Assembly: GCA_022684035.1 (NCBI GenBank)
Contig: JAJHSB010000062.1
Coordinates: 6,054-70,053 of the forward strand
DNA from: Candidatus Acetothermia bacterium
Lineage (GTDB): Bacteria > Bipolaricaulota > Bipolaricaulia > UBA7950
Reading direction: 5' to 3'
Length of the DNA: 64,000 nucleotides
The position numbers and the translations under genes were made by a program. The first letter of the stretch is position 1. Every line of letters starts with the position of its first letter. A model generated the notes under the pieces. It ran no database searches. It was not told the origin of the DNA and worked only from the letters and a program-made list of their open reading frames with translations. Of the stretch, positions 20,936-30,143 are shown one piece after another.

Positions 20936-21286
20936 TTATACGTCACAGCTATTCATCCCAGCCTGAAACAAACAGCCGCATGCTTTGAACATAGTGGATT
21001 TGGTAGTAACTAACGGAATGCCTTTTTCCTCGGCGAGGAGAATGGTCTCCAGCGGGGGACGCTTACCACGAACAAAGACGATGGCCACGATCTCGGCCAT
21101 CTCCGCTGTTCGTACCACCTGTGGGTTTGTCAACCCAGTCAGCAGCACTGCCCCTGATCTGGCATGAGTCAAAACATCGCTCATTAAGTCTGCTCCACAC
21201 GCACTGGAGATGTCCATGTCTAAATCAGCGTTCGCAGTAATAAGCGCGCCATCTACAATCGAGATGACCTCACTCAACTTCATCAT
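20936..21286 (-). CDS. DRTGG domain protein (second copy)
   Basis: DRTGG-like sequence after MMKLSEV. The ORF-track extension to 21355 runs into the MITE fragment. Confidence 0.65.
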   Translation of the reverse strand: MMKLSEVISIVDGALITANADLDMDISSACGADLMSDVLTHARSGAVLLTGLTNPQVVRTAEMAEIVAIVFVRGKRPPLETILLAEEKGIPLVTTKSTMFKACGCLFQAGMNSCDV

Positions 21287-21293
21287 CCCCTCC

Positions 21294-21345
21294 CCTAACC
21301 CGGACAAGCCGGAAATTCCAATGACCAAATCCCAATAACGAAAAT
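21294..21345. repeat. family-1 MITE terminal fragment
   Basis: cccggacaagccggaaattccaatgaccaaatcccaataac matches the family-1 MITE terminus. Confidence 0.6.
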
Positions 21346-21523
21346 TAAATATCAAAGTTTAAATATCAAAATTACATATAAAAATACAAAAATTATTTCC
21401 CCAAACCCCTATACTTCCAATCATTGTTCAACTGATAACGTCGACTTGTTCTTGAGCTTATCATCTCTCACAGAGGTTGTCAAGGAATATCTTTGTTCCG
21501 AGCGATCTTTCTCCTGAAAGAAA

Positions 21524-21572
21524 AAAACACTTGAACCCTTGCACCCTTGAATCCTTTTTAGTAACTAAATTG
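21524..21572. repeat. 'aatttagttgctaaaaagg' 3'-end hairpin element (reverse orientation)
   Basis: Reverse complement ccaatttagttactaaaaaggattcaagggtgcaagggttcaagtg, immediately downstream of the dinB stop. Confidence 0.65.
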
Positions 21573-21584
21573 GAGAAGAACCTC

Positions 21585-22742
21585 TTATTTGTACTGCCAG
21601 CGAATCTTATCATCACCAAATCGTTGCGTTAGGCCATCCACCTCTTCATTCTTCTGTAACTCATCTTGGTCATCGAATAATGATAATTGCCGGAAATGGG
21701 CTTCTACTAGCGAGCTCACTCCCACTCCCACCAGACGGACACCGTCTTCTCCCAGGGCAACGCGATGGCGGAATAGATGAACGACGAAGCTCTGAATAAG
21801 ACGAAACGAATCGACGCCGGAAGCAACGGTTATTTGACGGGTAATCGTACGAAAATCATGGAAGCGAATTTTGATGCGAATAGTACGGGCGAGGAGGCCT
21901 GCTTTACGTAAATCTGCTGCTACTTGTTTTGATAGTCGCTGCAATAAATCTTCAATCTTATCGAGATCGTATAGATCTTCCGGAAGAGTGACTTCACGGG
22001 AGATCGTCTTTGTTTCGCGGGACGGAATGACTGGACTATCATCTCTGCCACGGGCAAGCCGATAGAGAGAGCGGCCATGACGGCCGAACTCAAGGATAAG
22101 TAATTTGAGCGATGCGCGCCGCAAGTCTCTGATCGTGGTCAGACCTAACTTGTTGAGCCGCTGCTCTGTTACTTTTCCTACTCCGATTATTTTGCCCACC
22201 GGAAGAGGATCTAATATCTGTTGCATGTTGTGGTCATCGACTACAACAAGACCAGCCGGTTTTTTTAAATCAGAAGCTAATTTAGCGAGGAATTTGTTGC
22301 TTGCCACTCCAATCGAACATGAGAGTCCGGTGGTGTTCATTATCTCCTCCTGGATCCGGAGTGATAGCGCTTTTGCACTCTCCCAGGAGTGATCGCTGCT
22401 ACTAACATCGAGGAAAGCTTCATCTAATGCAACAACTTCCACCAGCGGTGTAAATGTGCGTAATATTTCCATCACTCGATCGGATATCTCTTTGTACCGG
22501 GAGAAACGCGGGGCAAGAAATATCCCGCGGGGGCATAAATGGCGTGCCTTTGTCATTGGTAAAGCACTGTGAATACCAAATGAACGTGCTTCATACGAAG
22601 CAGCCGCGACGACTCCTCTCTGATGGATACCTCCGACAATCACCGGTTTATTACGGTAGTGGGGATGGTCGAGCTGTTCCACTGCAGCGAAGAATGCATC
22701 CATATCAACATGGAAGATTAGGCGTGATTCTTGGGCACACAT
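21585..22742 (-). CDS. dinB: DNA polymerase IV (Y-family)
   Basis: HVDMDAFFAAVE...KPVIVGG...SIGVASNKFLAK. Confidence 0.9.
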   Translation of the reverse strand: MCAQESRLIFHVDMDAFFAAVEQLDHPHYRNKPVIVGGIHQRGVVAAASYEARSFGIHSALPMTKARHLCPRGIFLAPRFSRYKEISDRVMEILRTFTPLVEVVALDEAFLDVSSSDHSWESAKALSLRIQEEIMNTTGLSCSIGVASNKFLAKLASDLKKPAGLVVVDDHNMQQILDPLPVGKIIGVGKVTEQRLNKLGLTTIRDLRRASLKLLILEFGRHGRSLYRLARGRDDSPVIPSRETKTISREVTLPEDLYDLDKIEDLLQRLSKQVAADLRKAGLLARTIRIKIRFHDFRTITRQITVASGVDSFRLIQSFVVHLFRHRVALGEDGVRLVGVGVSSLVEAHFRQLSLFDDQDELQKNEEVDGLTQRFGDDKIRWQYK

Positions 22743-22859
22743 TATTTAATAGTCCAGAGTCGTCCAACGTCCAATGTCGATAGTCAAGAGTCAAGACGCC
22801 TCTTTTTCTTAACCTATTACCTGGTACCTAGTTCCTCGTACTCTCACCTCATTATCGAT

Positions 22860-22932
22860 TGGGCGAAGCAGGGCTCGAACCTACGACCTTTCGGATGTGA
22901 CCCGAACGCTCTTCCAGCTGAGCTATTCGCCC
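22860..22932 (-). tRNA. tRNA-Val (anticodon CAC)
   Basis: Reverse complement GGGCGAATAGCTCAGCTGG...TTCGAGCCCTGCTTCGCCCA folds as a cloverleaf. The anticodon loop is gtCACat. Confidence 0.7.
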
Positions 22933-23070
22933 GTTGGTCTTAGCGACACAGAAGCAAGGCGAAAGAGTGCAAACTTAGCCTCTTACTTCACTATAGTTTT
23001 GCCAACTGATAGTCTCACTACCAAGGATAATCCATAACGTTTAATTTCGCAAGCAGGCACTAACTGCAAG

Positions 23071-24225
23071 TCAAGCCTTAAAATCAGCATGTTCCAACAT
23101 ATCCGCCAGGCTTTCTCCTTCACGTTTGCGGGTGATTTCTACTAACCCGAGCGCGGTGGTATCAATATAATTAGCCGGCATGCGGTCTCTGTTTAATCCT
23201 TCTCGTAGTCGCGTAATCACTTTATTCATATCACTTTCGTTTTCGACATCGACAAAATCGACGATGATAATTCCGCTGATTTTACGAAGTTGGAGTTGAC
23301 GAGGAATCTCTTCGGCAGCTTCGATGTTGGCGTTTAGAATCGCCGCCGCTTGGTTGCGATAGCGAACATCGCCGCCGGTATTGACATCAATTGCCGTTAA
23401 GGCCTCTGTTTCGTCGATCGTCAGATATCCTCCTCCTTTCAAGTCAACTCGGCGAGAAAAGGTCTGTTGAATCTGGCGCTCCACATCGTACATCTCAAAT
23501 AGAGAGACTTTCCCTTCATAGAGGCGTATATTTTCCGCATACTCATCCATCTTCATGTAATTAAGAAATTGAAGGATTTTTTCATAGAGTCGCGCCGAAT
23601 CGACGACCACTTCGCTAACGTCCGGCAGGAGGCGATCACGCAGAATACTCTGAATCAATCCCATCCCGCGGTAGAGCAGACGCGGTACTGATCCGCTTGC
23701 TGCTGTCTCTTCGATCCCCTGCCAGGTACTGGTGAGAAAGCGATAATCCCGCTCCAGATCATCGCGACTTGCTTGTTGAGCTGCGGTGCGAATGATCAGT
23801 CCTTCGGAAGATTGCTTGAGACTCTGGGCGATTTTACGCAATCGTCTCTCTTCTTTTTCATCTACAATTCGACGTGATACGCCCAGCCGGTCATCAGTCG
23901 GTAGGAAGACCCAAAATCGGCCTGGCAGGCTGATCTTCGTCGTCCCTTGTGGGTTTTTCGTGCCGATTCCTCCCCTCCGTACTTGAATGATCAATGTTTC
24001 GCCGCGTCGTAATATTTTGTCGATCGAGATTGTGCTGCGCTGCGCCTTGATCTTTTTCTTTTCCAGAATAACCTCACTGATTTCACTCTGCGAGAGAAAG
24101 AGGCTCTGCTTTTCACCTATGTCAATGAATGCCGATCCTAACCCAGGCAGGACATCTTCCACCCGACCATGGTAGATATTGCCAACGATCTTTTCCTGTG
24201 CCGGATGGCCATAATATATCTCCAT
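23071..24225 (-). CDS. rng: ribonuclease E/G family protein (short RNase G-like)
   Basis: S1 domain (IVGNIYHGRVEDVLPGLGSAFIDIG) and DNase I-like catalytic region (GIIIVDFVDV). Shorter than E. coli Rng at both ends. Confidence 0.8.
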   Translation of the reverse strand: MEIYYGHPAQEKIVGNIYHGRVEDVLPGLGSAFIDIGEKQSLFLSQSEISEVILEKKKIKAQRSTISIDKILRRGETLIIQVRRGGIGTKNPQGTTKISLPGRFWVFLPTDDRLGVSRRIVDEKEERRLRKIAQSLKQSSEGLIIRTAAQQASRDDLERDYRFLTSTWQGIEETAASGSVPRLLYRGMGLIQSILRDRLLPDVSEVVVDSARLYEKILQFLNYMKMDEYAENIRLYEGKVSLFEMYDVERQIQQTFSRRVDLKGGGYLTIDETEALTAIDVNTGGDVRYRNQAAAILNANIEAAEEIPRQLQLRKISGIIIVDFVDVENESDMNKVITRLREGLNRDRMPANYIDTTALGLVEITRKREGESLADMLEHADFKA

Positions 24226-24293
24226 TAGCGTGCTATCCTCGAGGATTGCTACTCTGGTACGGCGATCTAGCCCTTCATTCTTGTCAATCGATA

Positions 24294-24800
24294 TCAGTAG
24301 GGTAGTAATTCTTTTGTTAATTTTTGCACCTTCTTTTGCTTGTTAAGTCTTCTTAATTTATCACTGAATGCGACGTTATCACGGGGATCGATCAACTGAG
24401 GCTCTATCTCCAATAGCGGCAGGAGCATAAATCGCCGCTCGGTCAGCCGGGGATGGGGAATGATCAGATCATCGGTATTGATGATTGCATTGTCAAATAG
24501 GAGAATATCAATATCTATCTGGCGTGGGCCGAATCGCGGCCCTGGCTTACGGCCGAGACGGAATTCGATCTCTTTGCAACGGGAGAGAAGAGCAAGAGGA
24601 GAAAGATCGGTCTTCACTCGGATAACCATGTTTAAAAACCACGGCTGATCTTCCTGCTCAACCGGCTCTGTCTCATACATTGCAGAGCGAGCAACGATTT
24701 TAACCTTATTTTCTGCCAAGTTGACTTCAGCTCGGTGAATATTTGCGGCGCGATCGCCGATATTAGCTCCTAAAGACAGAAATACACGTTCAGTCTCCAT
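24294..24800 (-). CDS. folK: 2-amino-4-hydroxy-6-hydroxymethyldihydropteridine pyrophosphokinase
   Basis: HPPK motifs (LSLGANIGD...DIDILLF...PHPRL). Confidence 0.9.
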   Translation of the reverse strand: METERVFLSLGANIGDRAANIHRAEVNLAENKVKIVARSAMYETEPVEQEDQPWFLNMVIRVKTDLSPLALLSRCKEIEFRLGRKPGPRFGPRQIDIDILLFDNAIINTDDLIIPHPRLTERRFMLLPLLEIEPQLIDPRDNVAFSDKLRRLNKQKKVQKLTKELLPY

Positions 24801-25173
24801 TTCGTTCTTTCACCAATTCCACTGTTGCGTTGCAGGACGCAGCAAGACCAGGAGGGTCGATCTTCGTGACTCGTACCGCTATCCGTCTTGCCCGCGGAGA
24901 GCGTGTTAAAAGACTATCGGCGATATCATTGGCGAATGATTCGATGAGCTTATATCTGTTAATTGCATTTAATTCGCAGACAGTCTCTGCTGCTATGCTA
25001 TAATCGACTGTATCCTCCAGAGAGCCACTTGCCAGGGCAGTTGCAAAATCACCTTCGATCTGTAGATCAATCCTGAACCGGTTTTTCTGTTGGCGTTCTT
25101 GCTCTGTATAGCCGTGAAATCCTGTCAGTTCCAGCCCTGTGAGGCTAATCTTTATCTCTTTTAAAATAACCAT
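24790..25173 (-). CDS. folB: dihydroneopterin aldolase
   Basis: FolB fold of about 120 aa directly upstream of, and overlapping, folK. Confidence 0.85.
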   Translation of the reverse strand: MVILKEIKISLTGLELTGFHGYTEQERQQKNRFRIDLQIEGDFATALASGSLEDTVDYSIAAETVCELNAINRYKLIESFANDIADSLLTRSPRARRIAVRVTKIDPPGLAASCNATVELVKERNGD

Positions 25174-25244
25174 TAGACGATTGATATTGATTATATCCCA
25201 AGTTGCACGCCATTTTTAGGTTATACAACTACACCATCTTTAAG

Positions 25245-27338
25245 CTAAGAATTCGTATCGACTGTTATCGTGGAGAGATCGCCAATATTAAAGAAGAGAT
25301 CGGATAGATTGGTCAGAAAGGCGAGACGATTAGATCGCTGCGTCTTATCATCCGTCATAACCAGCACTTTATCGAAAAACCGATCGATCGGACCTCGGAG
25401 ACCGATGAGATATCCGATCACTCCACAATAATCCTTCTCCTCTGTCAATCGCTTTATCTGTCCTGCTGCCTTAAGGTACTCGCGCCACAATTCTTTCTCT
25501 TCTGCCTCGATGAAGAGTTGTGGATCAAACTGGCGCGTCTTATATCCTTTTGTAATGTTCCTTACACGCGCAAAAGCAATCACCAGCGAGTCAAACCCTT
25601 CGCTATTGCGCGCATTGACCAGTGCCTTTCCTTTCGCTAATATTCGATAAAAGTTACCTTGATTCATCACACTGCCGGCCATATTGCTTTCAGCCAGGAT
25701 ACAATTGACGACATCATAGGTCAGACCGTATTCATGTAGCAGAATCTGCTCTAAGCGGTCGGAAAGGAATCTAAGCACACCATCGAGGCTGCGTTGGTCG
25801 GTGATCGACGCATATAATTCGTTGAGATCAGTCAGTAAGACGAAGAGATTAATATCGATCTCTTGTTCCAATATAAGTCGTATCATCCCATTTGCTTGTC
25901 GTCTTATTCCATAGGGGTCACGGGAACCAGTCGGTTCCTCTCCGATTGATATTGCACAAACGACTGTATCGAGTTTATCAGCCAAACTGAGGACTACGCC
26001 GATCTCATTTACCGGCAAGGCATCTCCCTTAAACCGTGGTCGGTATTGGTCTTCAATTGCACAAGCAACTGATTCTTTCTCCCCAGCGCAGCGAGCGTAA
26101 ATTTTTCCCATCGTCCCTTGTAACACAGGAAACTCCCGTACCATCTTTGTGACAAGATCACTCTTACATAAGAAAGCGGCGCGGTCGATATCATCTAAAT
26201 TAGGTTGCTTGTTCCGCTGCGCAATTTCACCTGCTAAGCGGCGAATCCTTGCTACCTTCTCCCACAATGAACCGATTCGCTCCTCATAGATTACTGCCCG
26301 CAATTGGTATGTCCATTCAGCTAAAGTGCGTTTGGTATCTTCAGCAAAGAAGAACTGTGAATCGCGTAACCGGGCTTGTACCGCCCGTTCATAACCGGCT
26401 TTTACGATACCGTAACTCTCTTCAGGACCATTACGAAATCCGAGAAAATAGGTGGAAAACTTATCACCGCAAGTGAATGTAATGAACTTCCCTTCTTCGT
26501 ATAGTGTAGTCGAGATTACTTCGCGTGGCAGCGAGAGGAATTCTACCGGGAATTTTCCGAGGATCGCGGTCGGATACTCTGTGCTGTGAACGATATGCGC
26601 GATCAATTCATCATTGGCGATTGAAGTTACTCCCTCTCTTTCTTCCACTGCCGCGATCGCCTTCTGTACACGCTGGTATCTCATTTGTGGATCGACAATA
26701 ACCAGTTGCTCCGCCAATCTCGCTTCATATTCGTCGACGGAGCTTAGCTTTATATCATTGGCAAAACGGTGTCCCCGCGTGCAGTTGGATGAGGCAAGTC
26801 CGTCCCTTCCCACTGTAAAGGGAATAATTGCATTACCGTATAGACAAACGATCCAGCGAATTGGACGGACAAACTCCAGCCCTGATGAGTCCCACCGCAT
26901 CGATTTACCAGCCCGAATCGAAACGATCAATTCAGGGAGGAGAGAGGTCAATACTACCGAAGTCGCCAATTGCGGCAGAGCACGGTGGAGAACGAGGTAC
27001 TCTTTACCACCCATCTTTTGTCGCAATAGATCGCTCACTCTCTTTCCATGGCTCGTTGCAAATCCGGTCGCTGCTGCGGTCGGGTTGTTGTGGGCATCAA
27101 ATGCGACTGCGACTGGTGGTCCTTTGATCTCTTCCGTCATCACGGATTGTATCTCTGATAGGTTATAACAGATTAGCGATAATCGTCGCGGGGTGGATAA
27201 GACCTTGATTCGATCATAGACGAGTCTATGATCCTTAAGTAAGACAGCAGCTTTACTGTGCACTTGCTGCATCAAATCAGGGATCTCTGCTGCCGGCATC
27301 TCTTCTATTCCAATTTCCAGTAGTAGATCAGCGTTCAT
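25245..27338 (-). CDS. glyS: glycine--tRNA ligase beta subunit
   Basis: GlyS N-terminus MNADLLLEIGIEEMPA. The start overlaps the glyQ stop. Confidence 0.92.
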   Translation of the reverse strand: MNADLLLEIGIEEMPAAEIPDLMQQVHSKAAVLLKDHRLVYDRIKVLSTPRRLSLICYNLSEIQSVMTEEIKGPPVAVAFDAHNNPTAAATGFATSHGKRVSDLLRQKMGGKEYLVLHRALPQLATSVVLTSLLPELIVSIRAGKSMRWDSSGLEFVRPIRWIVCLYGNAIIPFTVGRDGLASSNCTRGHRFANDIKLSSVDEYEARLAEQLVIVDPQMRYQRVQKAIAAVEEREGVTSIANDELIAHIVHSTEYPTAILGKFPVEFLSLPREVISTTLYEEGKFITFTCGDKFSTYFLGFRNGPEESYGIVKAGYERAVQARLRDSQFFFAEDTKRTLAEWTYQLRAVIYEERIGSLWEKVARIRRLAGEIAQRNKQPNLDDIDRAAFLCKSDLVTKMVREFPVLQGTMGKIYARCAGEKESVACAIEDQYRPRFKGDALPVNEIGVVLSLADKLDTVVCAISIGEEPTGSRDPYGIRRQANGMIRLILEQEIDINLFVLLTDLNELYASITDQRSLDGVLRFLSDRLEQILLHEYGLTYDVVNCILAESNMAGSVMNQGNFYRILAKGKALVNARNSEGFDSLVIAFARVRNITKGYKTRQFDPQLFIEAEEKELWREYLKAAGQIKRLTEEKDYCGVIGYLIGLRGPIDRFFDKVLVMTDDKTQRSNRLAFLTNLSDLFFNIGDLSTITVDTNS

Positions 27339-28179
27339 CTTCCTCCATTGCCATATACCCTTTAGCACAATCTTTAGTTAACTTGCGGATGCGCGTGATA
27401 TAACGTTCACGTTCTGTGACGCTAATTGCTCCGCGCGAGTCAAGAAGATTGAAGAGATGCGAGCATTTAAGCGCATAGTCGTAGGCGGGAAAGATCAGTC
27501 CTCTAACGCAGTTCGCCTGAGATTCCTCTTCACAAGCAGCAAAGATCTTTTGAATCCTCTCTACCGATGCATGCTCAAAGTTATAAATTGAAAATTGGCG
27601 TTCCTTCTCCCACCACAGTTCGCGATAGGTGGTCTCTTTGTTCCATTTGAGATCGAATACATTCTCTTTGCCTTGCAGTAAGATTGCGATCCGTTCCAAT
27701 CCGTAAGTTAACTCGACTGATATCGGATCGAGCGAGATCCCCCCCATCTGCTGAAAATAGGTGAATTGGGTGATCTCCATCCCATCAAACCATATTTGCC
27801 AGCCGACTCCAGCTGCAGCGAGTGTCGGTGATTCCCAATCATCTTCGGTAAATTTTAGATCGTGCTCGGCGAGGGTAAAGCCGATCTCCTCCAAACTTGA
27901 TAAATAGATATCCTGTATCTGGGCGGGTGCTGGTTTAAGGATCACCTGGTACTGATGGTGGAGATGAAGCCGGATCGGATTATTACCGTAACGGCCATCG
28001 GTCGGCCGGCGGCTCGGTTCTACATAAGCAACACGCAGTGGTTTGACGGAGAGTGTGCCGAAGAAGGTCACCGGGTTAAACGTTCCCGCACCAGTCTCCA
28101 CATCGTATGGGTGGGTGAGCATGCATCCGCGTCTCTGCCAAAAAGAATGCAAAGTAAGGACAATATCCTCAAAATACAT
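27328..28179 (-). CDS. glyQ: glycine--tRNA ligase alpha subunit
   Basis: FQDIVLTLHSFW-type N-terminus, highly conserved across GlyQ. Confidence 0.95.
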   Translation of the reverse strand: MYFEDIVLTLHSFWQRRGCMLTHPYDVETGAGTFNPVTFFGTLSVKPLRVAYVEPSRRPTDGRYGNNPIRLHLHHQYQVILKPAPAQIQDIYLSSLEEIGFTLAEHDLKFTEDDWESPTLAAAGVGWQIWFDGMEITQFTYFQQMGGISLDPISVELTYGLERIAILLQGKENVFDLKWNKETTYRELWWEKERQFSIYNFEHASVERIQKIFAACEEESQANCVRGLIFPAYDYALKCSHLFNLLDSRGAISVTERERYITRIRKLTKDCAKGYMAMEEDER

Positions 28180-28184
28180 TTTAC

Positions 28185-28547
28185 TTACGCGTCAGTCCGT
28201 TCTTGTGTTGCCATCTCCGCAATACAGGCAAAAGTCTCTTTATCACGCACTGCAATATCAGCAAGCATTTTGCGATTGAGTAAGACTCCGCACCGCTGCA
28301 AGCCATTGATCATCCGGGAGTATGAAGTGCCATTCTGCTGCGCTGCTGCACCAATCCGCATAATCCATAATTCCCGAAAATCACCTTTCCGTCTACGTCG
28401 ATCATTATAGCTATGCACAAGTGCTTTCATCACTGCTTGGTTGGCAATTCTTTTGCAAGTACTTCCTTTTCCCCGAAACCCTTTTGCCATTGATAAAATC
28501 TTTTTCCGTTTCTCTGCTCCTCTTGTTCCTCGATGTACACGCGGCAT
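28185..28547 (-). CDS. rplT: 50S ribosomal protein L20
   Basis: MPRVHRGTRGAEKRKKIL... Confidence 0.95.
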   Translation of the reverse strand: MPRVHRGTRGAEKRKKILSMAKGFRGKGSTCKRIANQAVMKALVHSYNDRRRRKGDFRELWIMRIGAAAQQNGTSYSRMINGLQRCGVLLNRKMLADIAVRDKETFACIAEMATQERTDA

Positions 28548-28722
28548 TTCATTTGCCTCCTGTTAAAGTATTCAACCTCAGCGACACGTACGTTGTACGT
28601 TTGTAGAATTCACTATCGTTTACAGCCTTCATCTTGCCGTTTAACCACTTAGCTATGGCTCTCTTATCTTCTTTAAATAGCATCTGGAGATCTTATTCCT
28701 TGATCTCTTCTGTGGCCTCTCC

Positions 28723-28914
28723 TTACTTAATCATTCGGTTGATCGTTTTTGCCTGTGCTGCGGGCAAGCTTTTGTCCTGTCGGGCTTGTCGCTTTGCTTT
28801 TCCTGTCTTTTTTACCATCTTATGGAAATAACCGGAAACCTTGTGCAGCAATTTTCCGCTCTTTGTTATCTTAAACCGTTTGCTTACTCCTTTATGTGTC
28901 TTTTTCTTTCCCAT
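28723..28914 (-). CDS. rpmI: 50S ribosomal protein L35
   Basis: MGKKKTHKGVSKRFKITKSGK... Confidence 0.95.
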   Translation of the reverse strand: MGKKKTHKGVSKRFKITKSGKLLHKVSGYFHKMVKKTGKAKRQARQDKSLPAAQAKTINRMIK

Positions 28915-29458
28915 CTGTCTCCCCTTTGCTGCTGCGTCTTCTCACTTCTTCCTCTATGGGGACTAAAAGCATTTGCAGTATTTTCCCCTTGATATTAGGC
29001 GCAGTACCTGTTTGGGCAATATCTTTTGTTTGTTCTACGATACGCTCCAGCAATTGTTCTCCTCGGTTGAGATGAATAATTTCACGCCCGCGGAAGAATA
29101 TCGTCACTCGGACCTTATCTCCTTTAAGAAGAAACTTACGCATCTGGTTAAGTTTGGTTTCAAAATCGTGATCATCAATTCTTATACTGAATTGCAGTTC
29201 TTTCAGCGATCGCTTCTGCTGTAGTTTGCGCTTTCGTTTTTCTTGTTGATACCGGTACTTTCCATAGTCGACGATTTTACAGACTACTGGATTAGCGGTT
29301 GTAGTTACTTCTACCAGATCCAGCCCTTTCTCTTTCGCAATGACTAATGCTTCATCTGATGTCATTTCTCCTAACTTAACACCGGTATCATCGATAACTA
29401 ACACTCTCCTTGCTCGTATTTGTGAGTTTATCCGCGGTTCTCGTTCAATCCTACTGAT
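28892..29458 (-). CDS. infC: translation initiation factor IF-3
   Basis: IF3 N- and C-terminal domains. Homology extends upstream of the ORF-track start (…RINSQIRARRVLVIDD). The likely start is a non-AUG AUC at about 29458, 8 nt from a GGAGGT RBS (alternatively AUU at about 29449). Confidence 0.85.
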   Translation of the reverse strand: MSRIEREPRINSQIRARRVLVIDDTGVKLGEMTSDEALVIAKEKGLDLVEVTTTANPVVCKIVDYGKYRYQQEKRKRKLQQKRSLKELQFSIRIDDHDFETKLNQMRKFLLKGDKVRVTIFFRGREIIHLNRGEQLLERIVEQTKDIAQTGTAPNIKGKILQMLLVPIEEEVRRRSSKGETDGKEKDT

Positions 29459-29539
29459 ACTGCTTTACCTCCTGTCTCTATCCATAAAAACGGTTGTATC
29501 TGTAAACGATGGTCTCTTCAGCTCGAGAATTATCTCCCT

Positions 29540-30136
29540 TCACCGGTAAATATCTTTCTCCTCAATATACGCTGCAACTCCTGCTGGCACTAATCCATCA
29601 ATATTCTCTCTTTTCCGGTAGGTTTCCCTGACGATGGAAGAAGAGAGTTCCATCTCCTCTATGTCGAGAAAATAGATCTCACCGCGAGAGAATGGAAGAC
29701 GCTCAAACTCCTCTTTCTTAATTCCATTTCGCGGTGCGAGGATGAACGGACAGCTGGTAATAAGATCCTCTGGATCTTTCCATGTTTCGATCTTTTTGAA
29801 GAGGTCTGCCCCGACGATGAAGCAGACTCCTTGTGGATAGAGTTCTTTCATGCTGTTGATCGTATCAATAGTATAAGACGGACCTGGCCGATCGATCTCC
29901 ACGCGTGATACTTCAAAGTGCGGATACCCAATGAGCGCGCGGCGGACCATCTCATACCGACAGTGAGCGGTGGCTCTTTCGATAATCTGCTTGTGAGGCG
30001 GATGTCCACTCGGAATGAAGATTACTTTTGCAAGTGCAAATTGCGTCAGAGCTCGCTCGGCGATAACAATATGAGCGTTATGCACCGGGTTGAATGTCCC
30101 TCCAAACAGACCGACTCGGTTGTAGAGCGGTGACAT
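29540..30136 (-). CDS. nadD: nicotinate-nucleotide adenylyltransferase
   Basis: GLFGGTFNPVHNAH...IPSGHPPHK. Start taken at the internal Met 30136; ORF-track start 30178 is the alternative. Confidence 0.85.
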   Translation of the reverse strand: MSPLYNRVGLFGGTFNPVHNAHIVIAERALTQFALAKVIFIPSGHPPHKQIIERATAHCRYEMVRRALIGYPHFEVSRVEIDRPGPSYTIDTINSMKELYPQGVCFIVGADLFKKIETWKDPEDLITSCPFILAPRNGIKKEEFERLPFSRGEIYFLDIEEMELSSSIVRETYRKRENIDGLVPAGVAAYIEEKDIYR

Positions 30137-30143
30137 CTCTCTA

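Noticed and set aside
21287-21355. N-terminal extension of the second DRTGG gene
   Set aside because: It is encoded by the MITE fragment 21294-21345. The domain begins at MMKLSEV.
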